The position numbers and the translations under genes were made by a program. The notes beneath the pieces were generated by a model that did not search any database, was not told the origin of the DNA, and saw nothing but the letters and a program-made list of their open reading frames with translations. DNA of 64,000 nucleotides, from NCBI RefSeq assembly GCF_009914755.1, contig NC_060927.1; one strand, written 5' to 3'. Positions 32,542 through 46,182 of this stretch are shown piece by piece. This DNA is from the human T2T-CHM13v2.0 reference genome, Homo sapiens. How positions within the stretch are numbered: position 1 is the first letter of the stretch; every line of letters starts with the position of its first letter.

Positions 32542-33019
32542 CCAATCGTGCTACAATAAAGTGATCAACATATTTACTAACCATTCTGTGAAGTGGTCCA
32601 AAGGCGTGCATGGCACAAACAGCTCCACTGGAGCATGCTGAACTCAACATTCCCACCCCATAACCCTTTTTGGAAATCTCATCTTCCACCACACCCAGGC
32701 ATGTCTCTAGTGTTTTTGTAGGTCTAAATCAATAATAACACAGCCTAGATCCTGCATAATCTGGCCTCCTCTACCCTTATAAATTCACTCTCATCCTTCT
32801 GACACTCCATAACCCAGCCACATGGAACTCCTTTTTAGTACTTGCATGAGCCATGCTTTTCTAATCCGGGGCCTTTCCACCTGCCATTCAATTTGCCTAA
32901 AATAGGATTCTGCCTTTTTTTTTTCTTGATCACCACCCGTTTACATAGTTAATGTGTATTTTGCCTTCTGACTTTCCCAAATTAGATGTTCTACTTAAAA
33001 TATAGGAGTGTATAGGACC

Positions 33020-33108
33020 TGGATATACTAAAGTTATTCATCGTGTATCTGAAATTGAAATTTAACTGGGCACCTTTGTATTTTTATTTGCTAAATCTAG
33101 CAACTCTA
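33020..33108. mobile_element. MER96-like hAT fragment within L2-like sequence
   Basis: 'atctgaaattgaaatttaactgggcacc...tttatttgctaaatctagcaactc'; related to 40980-41161. Confidence 0.5.
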
Positions 33109-33203
33109 CCCATGGACCTATACTTTCCTCTCATAACATTTTAACACCTGTAATTACTTCTTCAATGTCTGTCCTTTCTGGAACTTTGAAGATCCATGAT
33201 GCA

Positions 33204-33207
<4 letters not shown>

Positions 33208-33235
<28 letters not shown>

Positions 33236-33259
33236 CTGTGTGTGTGTGTGTCTGTGTGT
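33208..33259. repeat. (TG)n microsatellite, interrupted
   Basis: Direct observation. Confidence 0.95.
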
Positions 33260-36200
33260 TCTTCACCATGGTATACCCAATGCCTAGGATAAAACTGCTA
33301 AGCATGTAGTAGTCACTCAAAACTTTTCCATGACCAAATTAGTGAACTCTATTCTATGCTTAAAGTATCTGTTTACGTTTCTGACTTTCCTCATAGACTA
33401 TGAGTTCCTCAAGAACAAAGATACCTTTTGTACCCAAAGCCAAAGCTCGGTGCCTATAACCCCCGAGAAATGAGTTGATCAGAACAAAGTTTCCCTCACG
33501 TGTTCTTTGAAAGCTGCTAGAAGAGGACCCAGTGTGTTTACATCATGTTTGTGAGGTGTTCAACTTACCTCATTTGAGAATAAAAGAGCTGTACTAAGGA
33601 CAAAGACGTTAGGCATGTATGAGTTTTTAGTCACAGTTTCCCACTTAGCATCAATTATTTGGGAAAAATTAAAACACTTATTGGTTTATTAATACCTCTG
33701 TTTCCTTTAATTCTTTTATATAAGAAAGGATGAAGGTGAAAGGCATGAAGATTGTCAAGTGTTTGTGTTTATGTGCACAGATGAGTGTTGAGACCGTTAT
33801 AACACAGGCAGAAAGTTTCAATGTGGATGAAGAGGAGAGGAGAAATCCGGTTTTTGAAAAAGTTTGGAAAACTCTGTGTTAAATGAAAGAGGTTAGGGAT
33901 TTGTAGCTCTGGCAAATGTTATTTGAGTATTTGACTAGTACCACTTTGACAGCATATATCCTGGAGTACAGCACCTCTAAATTACCCTCTAGCTTTAAAA
34001 TTCAATGTGCCTCAGATATAAAGTATATTCACAATTAAGGAGTCACAAGAGTAGCAAGCAAAGGAAATAGCCAGGGAATATTGAGGAGCCTGGGAAGGTT
34101 ACAGAGATTGGAACTCTGTGGAAATATGGAAAGAATACAAAAATGATCAACAGACATCTGCGTCCTACAGAGTTCATAGATGGTAAGGAAGGCATGACCA
34201 CTGGGTCTAAAAAAAATAAAATGATCCTTTTTCTTATACAGAATTTCATTCAAGTGCTTGGTCACAAAATCAGACCGTAAGGGAAAGATACATGCAATTC
34301 AAAGAATTTTGAAATTTAAAAGGAAACAAACAGGAGAGAGTGGGAAGTGGGCTTAGATGACAGGGGTGATTTTTATTGATTTTTTGTGCTTTTCTTTCTT
34401 TTACAATACATAATTAAATGTGCTTGTAGGTAGAAGGATAGATTAGTAGATTTCAAAGAAAGGGAAACTGAAGATTTTAGGAACCTAAGGTTTACAGAAT
34501 CTCTGAAGGAAATGTGAGAGTGATGAATTGCAGAATACTGATTTTATACAGGTAGAGAGAAATATATTTGAGATATCACTGAATGATTAAAGGGTCCATA
34601 CCCAGTTATATATGAATGAAGTTACTCTTCGTGATGGTGAGAGCATCACAGAAGAGGAATTAGACTCCATAAAGAAGACATAGTGTACCTAATTGCTTAT
34701 TTAGCAACACATAGATGCACGTGAATATGTTGTGCCGTGCTAACATATATTTTCCTATGACCTAACTATTAGTCTATACTCTCAGCCTGATTGTGCTAGT
34801 CGAAATTGATCAGTAAGCATTAGCATTCTATAATACAAATGCCCTTCACAATGCAGGATTTACATGATTCTCTTATTAGGTGTGTTTTGCATCGGGGCTA
34901 TTTCCACTACTGTGTTCTGGCTTTCTGACATTTATTATGCATTCTGGTGAACAGTTTTGACCTTTAATGCCTAAAAAAAAAAACCACTCGCTTGCAACTG
35001 ATAGTTCTGGAGACCATAGGAAGTGGGGGAAGGAGGAAAATATCATGTTGGATGTAAAATGATAGATATGATCTGGAGAGCTATCAATGAAATGGTGAAA
35101 ATATGATAATGTTGAGCAGACAATGGAGGGTTCCTGGATGCACTTTAAAATTTTGAAGACTACTACAAATGTAAGGACAGCAAAGGGGGTTGTCAGAAGC
35201 AGACCTGTGGCTGCAAAAAAATGTAACTTAATTCATGAATTATTTCATGGGGGTTTGAAGAAAATGGAAGAACAATTCCCAGTTGTGATGTCAAAAGAGC
35301 AATTCTATACATTACCAATTCACTAAAAGAAGAAAGTGTTTTATCAAATACCATCCACACAACTGATAGTTATTATTAAATAATACATTTTGTTGCTTAC
35401 TATGAATTAGGATAAATGCTTATTGTAATTGTATTCTTGTTGTTTAATGATTACGGTTATATTTTTTGGCAAAGTAATCTGATTTTATAGCTATCTCTTT
35501 AAATGAGAAGGCTTCTTTTTCAGATTTCTTCCAAGAATCTGTTTTTTCAGTGAGTATCTTAGCACAAACATCTTAATCAGTCACATTGATTAGTATGTGC
35601 CTCTCTTCTCCAGTTTTAGACACTGCAAACCCACCCTTGAATGTAAATATGTTACTTGTGTTTTTAGAATTTACAGGTTTAAAAAATATAGATACTATCA
35701 GGGGAATGCGTGAGCAATATATATATTAAATTTCAAATATATAACTAGTTTTAATGCTGTGAAATGGATGACTTTTTTTTCTCAGTTTATGTTTATGGTG
35801 TAAAATAAAGAACCAGGTGGTATTTCTGCTTCAGTAGTCTGTCTGTTCAGCAGGAAATATTAAAATATAGAAGACCTCATAAGTTCCATCTGCCCACATA
35901 CCTGATTTCGAGTCTTCCAATAGGCTCCAGACATTCACACTGAACATCTTTGTAATGAATCCATCACCTAAGAACAACCCTTAAGGAGCATAATTGTTTA
36001 ACCCTGTGGATACCTCGAAAAGAAAAAGCACAGAAATGGATCATTATATTGTATATTTTTTATATTGTGGACAAATATTTAGGAAAAGATGATTTTAAGG
36101 GACATTTTTAAGAATTCTATATGAAAGATTTGAAATCATCTTTGAGAATTTTTAAAGATCATCAGCACTATATGTCTATTTCGAATGTTAAAGATTGTGT

Positions 36201-36876
36201 AGATTTTCACTGATAAAAGGAGAGAAAAAATGCTTTTTAGAGTCATGATACTATGAAAATACTTCACTACTTAAGGAGTTGGTTTTTGCTTTTCTAGCAC
36301 ATTCTAACACTATAGTCTAACAGAAACAAAAAAAAGTGAGTTTTTTTTCTGTAAAACAAATACATTTCATAAAACTTCAGATAAACTAAAAGTTTATATA
36401 TTAGATTTGGTTTTACATTTGACTACTATTATTAGTGGACAGAAAATACTTGGGATAGAACTTTGAGATTAATATTCTTTTGAGTTGAGCCACGCGAAAG
36501 TGATAACACGAGAAGCGTCACCTACTGAAGCTGGTTCCTCGACCTTACTTAACCCTTCTGAGCTGCCGACAGTCATCTTCACGGTCGTGGGACTGACCAT
36601 CTGGCACCAGCTGCTTTAGCACTTCAGCCCCAGCTGCCCTACAGTAGCGTCTCTAGGCCATAAATTTCTTCTCTAACTTCTCACCTGGAGTGATAAGACT
36701 GGAGGATTCAATTCCAAATTCCAACACTTCGTAGGATGAAAATAATAAGTCTCTCCTTAGGAAAACATTTGTTGACTTCCTAATATATACCTATCATGTA
36801 TTAATTAGTTCTTCTGGATCCAAACATTAATAAGATAACAAGCATTTCCCTCACAGAACTCACAGACCAGTGGGCG

Positions 36877-36920
36877 CACACACACACACACACACATACA
36901 CACCCACTCACTCACACTCA
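36877..36920. repeat. (CA)n microsatellite, degenerate
   Basis: Direct observation. Confidence 0.9.
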
Positions 36921-39900
36921 GGGTCTAGGAACAATACAATGTATTGTATATGCTATGTCCAAGGTCTAGACCTCATGCTTATAGGGGTAGAAAGAAGGGA
37001 GTACTTATTCTTATGTGGGTAAAAAGCGACAAAAGGAATAGCTGTGTTCTAACATTTGTGGAAAACCCATTGTTAGGGTTGTTATGTGGTTGGAGACAGT
37101 ATTTTAAAGCACTTAGAACAATTCCTAGTGCTATATAATTATTGGTTCAATAGATAAAGCTTTTATGGCTTTGTGAATACGTTCTAAATTTTACTTCTTG
37201 ATTTTCTGGTTTGGTATGACAGCATAATATGGAACAGTTTGGCATACATCAGAAAAATGTATGTTATTCTTCCAGAGGAGAATTTGGGTCTTCCATAAAA
37301 GCAGTAAATATTAAAAGCAAACTAAGTAGAACATTTCATAGCTTCTCTTGGTCCAATTTAAATTTAATGAGCTCTTAGTAGAACTGAGTGTATCATCCTC
37401 ATAAACTTAGAGGCACAAGGTTTACAGAAACTGCAACTTCAACATTCTTCAACAGTAAATATGACTATAAATCAGGGGGCACATTTATTTTCTTCCAGGG
37501 CTCTGGTCTTTTGCCATCTGCTAACATGGCATCTTGCCCATTTGGAACACTGTCAGGTTATGTAGGATAGAGGTGTTGCCTTCCTAATCTGCTCCTGACT
37601 CAGGACTGACCCAATTGCTTTGGGAGATGGTGAGGGCGAGAACAGCAATCAAAGGAACAAACAGCATAGACAGTTTGGACTCCTGGACAACCTGCCCAGG
37701 ACACGGGGACACTGGGAACAAAGTGAGCCTTTGTTCACTGCACCAATAGCACCTGATTAGGGACAGAGGTGAGGCAAAGGGGATATGTCTCTTCCTAGTT
37801 AATTACAGAAGACATTAGGGTCTCTAGTTTTTCCAGAGTTGCCAGGTAGGCTTGGAGATAAACAGTAATTCAAAACCCCAAATACCTTCTATGTTTCTTT
37901 TGTAGAATCTATCAAGGTTTCCACCCACTACCTTGGACAGGGTAGATCTTATAATGCCGCTTCCCTGAAACTATAATAGTCTCTTAACTTTGCCCTTACT
38001 TTACAATATCAATATGAAATAAAAAATAATTTGGTCCTTTCAGTCACAGTTAGTATGAAAACACATAGTCATTTAGTGATCACAACTACGTAAAAACTGA
38101 GTATTCCTTTTTCAAAGTATCTCACAAATGCCAGCTGTTTTACACTGACTTATCCCTTTTCCACAATCCTTGTGTTTTTTTAATCAGAAGCCTATTTTTA
38201 TTTTCTTCTATTTTTTTAAAGCACTGTTAGATAATATTGTATTCTGTTCCATATCAATAGGTGCTAAATCACTAGAATTATTAAGGACATTGGGGAATGT
38301 CCTTATTCTGATATTAAAATAATAAAGCAACTTTTAAATGGCACATTTTTCCCTGGATGGAGCCTGTGTTCTGTTTTGATAATTTATATCAGTTTATTTA
38401 TGAAAATCTCTGTAAAAACAGTAATCATAATTATTTTTCTTTTCAACCCCAGCGTTTAACTCAGTACTTAAGGTATAGATACTGCATGCTTAGTAGTTGT
38501 TCAGCCAATAAATAAATTACAGCAGCTGGAACATTTTGCGTATATGTTATTTGAAAAATAATGCTTAAAAAGTCTTAAAGGCTTATACATATTTAAAATA
38601 TTTCAATTATTTATTTTATAGAATTTTAACTTTTAATTAGTGAAATTATGAAACTCTCTTACTGTTTTTGAATTAAGTTTTCTCAAACTAATAAAATAAT
38701 AGTCATTTATAGATATTTCATGAAGTCAACAGTACAACTATGTTATAAGGGGGTTTTGTTCATTAAATAACTCAGCAGTAGAAGAAACAGTTTACTATAT
38801 TTCTGAGAAACTGAAAATGTCAGAATCCTTTAAACAGCATAAAAGTTCATAAAAAGATAAACCATTGCTTCAAGAAGTATACTGTGTAAATATAACCGCA
38901 TCTTTGGTTTTATGAAAGCATAACACAATGGCCTTTTATTTGTCAGCAAAAAAAATCAAAGTTAATTTAAAAATATATCCAACCCTTAGTAATTAGATAT
39001 TTTTGCAATCTTTTAAAAAATTAACATATGTACTAGTTTCTAAGAATTCTATAGTGACTAAAAAGTAGCCTTATAATATTAAGAAAATACATTTATGTGT
39101 TTAAAATCAGATGAATCACAAATGTGGCAATGCTTTAAATTTATAAGAAAGACACTATAACATGTAGTATGGTTGAATAAAACATGAATGATATAGTAAA
39201 TCTGAGGCCTTCATATTTATGACTATACTTTGTAAGCATTAATGCCAGTGGATTAAGCTTAGTAGGGCAAAATAATGTGGTTAAGTGTTCCCAAGATAAT
39301 CTTTCGTATAAACAAGCAGAAACATTAATCTGAGAAAATGATCCTTTGCATGAGAAAATATCACTAAATGGAAAGAAATGCTGTTGATGCCAAATGAGTA
39401 TTTCGTGACACCAAAATGACAAATAAAAAAATAAAGAAGGAGGGTGTTATGTTTTGCTAATCTGGTACCAAATAAAAGAAGTTTTATTTGTTTTCTGCTT
39501 TTGTCTTAAATATCAAGGCCATGTAAATGTGTTCATAAATTTATTGCTATCTTAATGCTGGGGGGATTTAAATGTATTTCATTTTATATGAACTACATTA
39601 GTTTTTGACATTTTAGGACACTGAAAGGTCAAAAATTAGATACATTGATCTGTATAAGAAATAAGAGAATGACTCCTAGGCACAGGTGTTAGAGGCTGTT
39701 GCTTAGAAGCATTAGAATCCCACCTGTAGGAAAAGGGAATGAGTTGTGTGGCAAAATGGTAATCATCAAAGTTGAGTGTGTCATTTGTGCCATATGGCAT
39801 TTGGTCTCCTACAAAGTTGTATGTTTACAACTTTATAACACAATTAATAAAAAGTGCAAAGTTGGACTTTTGCTTAGATAAGACTACAGAAGAGGTCTAG

Positions 39901-40031
39901 ATTTTGTATAGACAGTATATATTCTGCTCTAGTGTTTTATGGTCTCAAAAGTATTTAGAGAAAATGAAGACATTAGCATAGAATATTTTATTATTTTCTC
40001 CCCAAAGTCTATTTTTACAGCATATTTTAAG

Positions 40032-40541
40032 TATATTAGTTATATTTTGCCACATAGAAAATTACTGCAAAACTCAGTGACTTAAAACAGCAAATATTTA
40101 TCTCACACAATTTGTGAGAGTTGGCCACCTCAGATTGCCTTAGGTGGGTGACTCTGGCTCAAGGTCTTTGATGAGGTTGTGGTCAAGATGTCAGACAGGA
40201 CTGCAGTTATCTCTAGACTTCACTGTTTCGATGATAGCTTATTCATATGGCTATGAGTAGAAGACTTCAGTTTCTCACTGGCTAATGGGAGGAGACCTCA
40301 GTTCCCAACTATGTGAACCTCTCACGACATAGCAGCTGGATTCCCTCAGAACTAGTGATCAAAGAGAATGAGGCAGAGGCCACAATGCCTTTAAAGACCT
40401 TGCCTTGGAAGAAATGTACCCTTACTATTGCTGTATTCTACTGGTCAAATCAAACAATCCTAATACAATTTGAGAGAAACCTATACAAACACGCATAACC
40501 GAAAAAACAGGGCATTGGGGGCTATCTTTGAGGCTATTACA
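40032..40541 (-). mobile_element. MLT1F-like MaLR solo LTR
   Basis: 'caaaactcagtgacttaaaacagcaa', 'gaggttgtggtcaagatgtcag', 'ggggctatctttgaggct'. Confidence 0.65.
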
Positions 40542-40542
40542 G

Positions 40543-40656
40543 TGAGAGAAAAAAGAGGAAGGAAGGAAGGAAAGAAAGGAGGAGAGAGGGAGGAATGAAG
40601 GAAAAAAAGGGAGGGAGAAAAAGATGGGAGGAGGGAGGGAGGGAAGGAGGGAGGAG
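40543..40656. repeat. GA-rich low-complexity (GGAA/GGAG) tract
   Basis: Direct observation. Confidence 0.9.
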
Positions 40657-40979
40657 ACTCACTCACTCCAGAATCTTAGCGATCATTTGTTCACATTGGA
40701 CAAACTAGCATTTAGAAACTGTGACCACCATCTCAAAATGCAACTTTATTATTTAAGGTTTGCCAAAGTGCCAATCTTTTTTCCATAATTAGTAAAATAG
40801 CTGCAATCTGCTAGTTTTCTCATATATCTGCAGTTAATTGGTCAGAACATTTTCTTATTAGTGGGACTACATTAAAAATCCTATACTTTGTAGGATAAGA
40901 TTTTCTTTCAAAAGGGAATGTAAAGTTGTATGGTACTTACACGCTATTTATAAGTTTAAAATGTTATCACTAAATAAAA

Positions 40980-41161
40980 CCTTAGAATAGCCAGGTTGAG
41001 CAAATAAAAATGCAGTATGTCCAGTTGAATATGAATTTCAGATCAACCATAAACAATATTTAGTATAAATAAACTAAACAATTGCAATAAACATGTAATA
41101 AACTTTTATTTATCTTAAATTTACATTTAACTGAGTGTCCAGTATTTTATCTGGCAACCTT
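40980..41161. mobile_element. MER96-like palindromic hAT element
   Basis: 'gcaaataaaaatgcagtatgtccagttgaatatgaatttcagat'...'atttaactgagtgtccagtattttatctggcaacc' sub-terminal inverted symmetry. Confidence 0.55.
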
Positions 41162-43865
41162 ACCTTAAATAGCTGTCAACCTACATTTTGGTCAAACATA
41201 ATAAAATTTTAAATAGTATACATTCTTTCTATGTGTTATTTTTTCTGCGTAAACCTATACTTAAAACAATAAGTGCGTCAAGTAAAGTAGGTCACATTTA
41301 TAGTTATTACTCATTAAATTGTATTTGTACGTGGATGTGTGTATTCCAAAACTTGAGTAAGAAGATGACAGAACAATTGAACAAAGATGTATATGTTGCT
41401 GTGTTGACTTGTGAGACTGTTGATGTCCATGTCCGAGAACACGCATAATAGCCAAGCTTCCATTTCTAGAATAGTTCCAATTCTAAAGTCAGTTCCATCG
41501 ATTGAGTTGAACCATTTTAAGGTTTTAGAAATCCTTAAACCTTAAAGACATAATTGCTACTTTAGAATTCACATCTCTATCTATTTTCTTTGAAGTTTGC
41601 AAGCTGTTTTTCTCATGACCATTTGTGATTTGAATTTATTTATCCATCTTGGGATTCTACTCCAATACAATCTAGAAGAAAATTAAGGGCAGTCCAGAGG
41701 TGAGTCAGAACTCTGAGGTGGTTCATTATGGCTGACATGCAAAATCTGGTAGAAAGACTGGAGAGGGCAGTGGGCCTCCTGGAGGCAGTATCCCATACCT
41801 CTGACATGCACCGTGGGTATGGAGACAGCTCCATATGTGCAAGCATTTGACTCACTGCTTGCTGGTCCTGTGGCAGAGTATTTGAAGATCAGTAAAGAGA
41901 CTGGGGGAGACGTGCAGAAATATGCAGAGATGGTCCACACAGGTTTGACGTTGGAGCGAGCGCTGTTGGTTACAGATTCTCAGTGTCAACAGCCAGCAGA
42001 TAATAAGCTTTCCAATTTGTTGGCACCCATCTCAGAGCAGATCAAGAAGTGATAAGCTTTCGGGAGAAGAACCGAGGCAGCAAGTTGTTTAATCACCTGT
42101 CAGCTGTCAACGAAAGTATCCAGGCCCTGGGCTGGGTGGCTATGGCCCCCAAGCCTGGCACTTATGTGAAAGAAATGAATGATGCTGCCATGTTTTATAC
42201 AAACCGAGTCCTCAAAGAGTACAAAGATGTGGATAAGAAGCATGTAGACTGGGTCAAAGCTTATTTAAGTATATGGACAGAGCTGCAGGCTTACATTAAG
42301 GAGTTCCATACCACTGGACTGCCTGGAGCAAAACGGGGCTGTGGCAAAAGAACTGAGTGGACTCTGCCATCTGGACCCTCTGCTGGATCAGGTCCTCCTC
42401 CCCGTTCACCAGGCAGGCCCCCCTCCTCCCCCAGTCTCTACCAGTTGAGGCTCAGATGAGTCCGCTTCCTGCTCAGCCCTGTTTGCGCAGATTAATCAGG
42501 GGGAGAGCATCACACATGCCCTGAATCATGTATCTGATGACATGAAGACTCACAAGAACCCTGCCCTGAAGGCTCAGAGTGGTCCAGTATGCAGTGGCCC
42601 CAAGCCATTCTCTGCACCTAAACCCCAAACCAGCCCATCCCCCAAACCAGCCACAAAGAAGGAGCCAGCTGTACTTGAACTGGAGGGTAAGAAGTGGAGA
42701 GTGGAAAATCAGGAAAATGTTTCCAACCTGGTGATTGAGGACGCAGAGCTGAAACAAATGGCTTACATATACAAGTGTGTCAACATGACATTGCAAATCA
42801 AGGGCAAAATGAACTCCATTACAGTAGATAACTGTAAGAAGCTTGGTCTGGTATTTGATGACATGGTGGGCATTGTGGAGATAATCAACAGTAGGGATGT
42901 CAAAGTTCAGGTAATGGGTAAAGTGCCAACCATATCCATCAACAAAACAGATGGCTGCCATGCTTACCTGAGCAAGAATTCCCTGGATTGTGAGATAGTC
43001 AGTGCCAAATCTTCCTAGATGAACGCCCTCATTCCTACAGAAGGCGGTGACTTTAATGAATTCCCAGTTCTTGAACAGTTCAAGACCCTACAGCATGGGC
43101 AGAAGTTGGTCACCACAGTGACAGAAATTGCTGGATAGGCAAAGTGTCTCTGGGTTCTTTGCCCTCCCTTCACACCGTGGGATAAATCTGTATCAAGATG
43201 GTTCTTTTCGCGATTTCCTCTACCTTGGTGCTCTTAAAACTGCTTCTCTGCTCTGAGAAGCACAGCTACCTGCCTTCACTGAAATATACCTCAGGCTGAA
43301 ATTTGGGGTGGGATAGCAGGTCAGTTGATCTTCTGCAGGAAGGTGCAGCTTTTCCATATCAGCTCAACCATGCCGCCAGTCCATTCTTATGGAACTGCCG
43401 ACTAGGACTATGATGCATTTTAGCTTTGAGCTTTTGGGGGTTATTCTACCAACAAACAAACAGTCCATTGGAAAGAAAACAGTCCCAGGAATTAACAGAT
43501 CAGAATGTTCACACTGGTTAATCTTTTTTTAACAATGAGCATGAAGGTAGCAGAAGCTGGTGTGTTTCCAGATGGTTCTGCTATAACCAAACTCATTTTT
43601 CACTGTTGACAAGCGAGGCAGGGGTTGCACTGGACCAAAGGCTGAGGCTTGGCCATCTAGCATTCCATGCAAAATTGTGTCCTATAAGCATTCCTTTTAT
43701 TCTCTATTCTATCCTGGTTCTGCCTCAACCATGAGATAGGAGAGTCTCTGGTGCTAGCTGCTGTAGCAGTGTCCTTCATCCAGGGAAGTTAATGGAGTCT
43801 TGGACCCTTTCTTTCTTTCTCTGGGATCCCTGCCCAGCACCTTCCTACAGAGATGACTTTAAAAG

Positions 43866-43869
<4 letters not shown>

Positions 43870-43919
<50 letters not shown>
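43870..43919. repeat. (CA)~24 microsatellite inside the CAP1 retrocopy 3'UTR
   Basis: Direct observation. Confidence 0.97.
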
Positions 43920-43920
<1 letters not shown>

Positions 43921-43925
43921 ATTTC

Positions 43926-44036
43926 TTTTTCTTTTTTTTTATTTTTTTATTATTATACTTTAAGTTTTAGGGTACATGTGCACATTGTGCAGGTTAGTTA
44001 CATATGTATACATGTGCCATGCTGGTGCGCTGCACC
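43926..44036 (-). mobile_element. Extremely 5'-truncated young L1 (L1PA2/L1HS-like) in the CAP1 retrocopy
   Basis: poly(T) then 'tatactttaagttttagggtacatgtgcacattgtgcagg...gctggtgcgctgcacc'; TSD acacacaccatttc at 43912-43925 and 44039-44052. Confidence 0.93.
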
Positions 44037-46145
44037 ATACACACACCATTTCAAGGAGTCTGGCATTCCTGAATCCTCCTTCCCTGCCAGGTACCTGTCA
44101 CCTGTCTTCACTGCCTCCTTTTCCCTGTCATGCTCATCAGCTTATGGCTTCTGTCCAAGCACCTGAACAGAGGACTAAAATCTCCACTGCAGGCTGGTTT
44201 TAGGTCTTGACTTATGTAACAATCTTGCACAGTGCTGCTAATGTAAATTTCAGTTTTTCGCCTCTAGGACAAACACTTACCAAAATAGGCAACTTTTTTT
44301 TTTGGTGGGAAGAGAGATTGTCCTGTGATTTCTACCCATTTCCTGAGACCTGTGGAAATAAACCTTGATGTGCTTAAAGTTATACAGAAAATAGAATAAA
44401 GTTAATACCAAACTTGAAAAGAAAAAAGAAAAAAAGAAAATTAAGAGAAATGCCAGGAAGTTGAGCTCAAGAAAATAATAATACAATATAGCTTATCATT
44501 CATGAAAGTGTCCCGTACATTGCTTTTTATATAGTGTTCATTTAACCAATCTGGAAGGTAACTTTAGCTTGACCTTACTTTCCTGTTAAGGTCGTAAGTG
44601 GGGTGCTCTGGCTCAGACAAGCAATATGCAGAATCACTGATTTTAAACTGCAAGGCCAATTTGTTAGCTATGCTCATCGACCTAGCAATATATCCTCAAG
44701 CTGCAAATAAATATGTGAAATGCTATCACAGTAACATTTAAATATTTAACAGCTGTTTTACTTAATTCTAGCTCAAAACTGAATTTGTGTAACAGAATGA
44801 TTCAATCTTTGCCCAAGACTATATGAGTCATTGTGATTTGAAGTTTGGATTCCAAAATCTTTATGTAAGAGACAGTAGTATACTGAAGCTTTTGAAACTT
44901 TAATTAACACCAAAATTTTCAAATATACATAATTCGGTATAGAATGGAGCTAGAATTTGGTATTTTAAGGAAAAACATTTTATATAAAGGAATCACATAT
45001 GAATAATGACAAGGGCGATAAATGAAAAGATATTAGGCAGTATACTGCTCTCTAGTTAGAGTTGGTCACCTCCAGCTGGGTTTCCTATACTTGAAAAAAC
45101 CAATACTACTTTTCAAGTAGTACTAAGCAGAGAAATGGATATTTGAAGGAAAGAAAATCAACAGATGGCCTGGAAGAAAATGTTTTAAATAATTTTAAAC
45201 ACTGTCCCCAATCCTGCCAATGATTTGGGAAGTATTTCTGGTTCCTTCAATTGAAATGTCACATGTGAATTTTAAACCGTATTGAAAAATATTAGTGTTC
45301 TTCTGAATTCTGAACAGACAGATGGTTTAATAAAACAAAAAAGGGATGTTTGAAAATTATTATACATACTTGTTATCTTAAAAATTCAGAAATTCCCCTT
45401 TGTAAACAAAGAGGAAGACTGTACAATGTTTTTCACTTTTGTTTATGCTGTGAGTCTTGTGCTGTACTCAAGTGAATAATGAAAAAAGAAGACAAAGAAA
45501 AAAGGTGATATTGCTTCTAAAATATTGCCTGCTACTGCTGGCTGTCTACCCTTTTTCCATGTCATTAGCAGTTGTTTAATTATGCCAACAACATATCTGC
45601 CTCTTGGATAGATAATTATGCCAGTTAACTTCTTCTAAGCCTTCAGACATGAAATTCATTGCGACAACATGGGAAGGGTACTGCTGCCCTCTAAAATGTA
45701 AGCGTGCTCTTGAGTGAGCTGACTTCTCTCAACGATGTAAGACCCATTGCAAAAGGTTAAGCATATACAGTTCCAGGATTGGAATGACAAATTTTATGTC
45801 TCCTAAGAACTATAACTTTGTTGGATTTGCAAGATTTTGTGCAAGCCACAGCATTTATAAGACAGGCAATATTCATTCTTGAGAAAAAATTTATATTCTC
45901 TGGCAAGTACTGAGCAGAGATTTGTTGGGGGAGCCTATCAATTGAAAGTTGTGTAAATATTGGCCACATATATTTTATCTAAAATATGCCATCCTCAATT
46001 GGTATTTTTGCAATAAAGTGCTAGAAGGCACTTTAATTTGTGCTGTATTTAGAAAATTTTATGTGGAATTGTATGTATGATACATATCAGTTTATATGTA
46101 ACCTAACTTGGGGCCACTTTGACTTTTTAATTTTTAATGTAATCA

Positions 46146-46148
<3 letters not shown>

Positions 46149-46181
<33 letters not shown>
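46149..46181. repeat. (CA)n microsatellite
   Basis: Direct observation. Confidence 0.95.

Positions 46182-46182
<1 letters not shown>

Larger units (their letters stand above)
41688..44433 (+). pseudogene. CAP1P: Processed pseudogene of CAP1 (adenylyl cyclase-associated protein 1); CDS remnant 41728-43138
   Basis: [16 protein letters not shown] start at 41728, [20 protein letters not shown] domain [21 protein letters not shown] at 43138; intronless, frameshifts, TAG at 43016; AATAAA 44395, A tail, TSD aagaaaattaag at 41676-41687 and 44434-44445. Confidence 0.96.

Noticed and set aside
41813-43018. CAP1-like ORFs as a functional gene
   Set aside because: Intronless, several frameshifts, a nonsense codon, poly(A) and TSD mark a processed pseudogene
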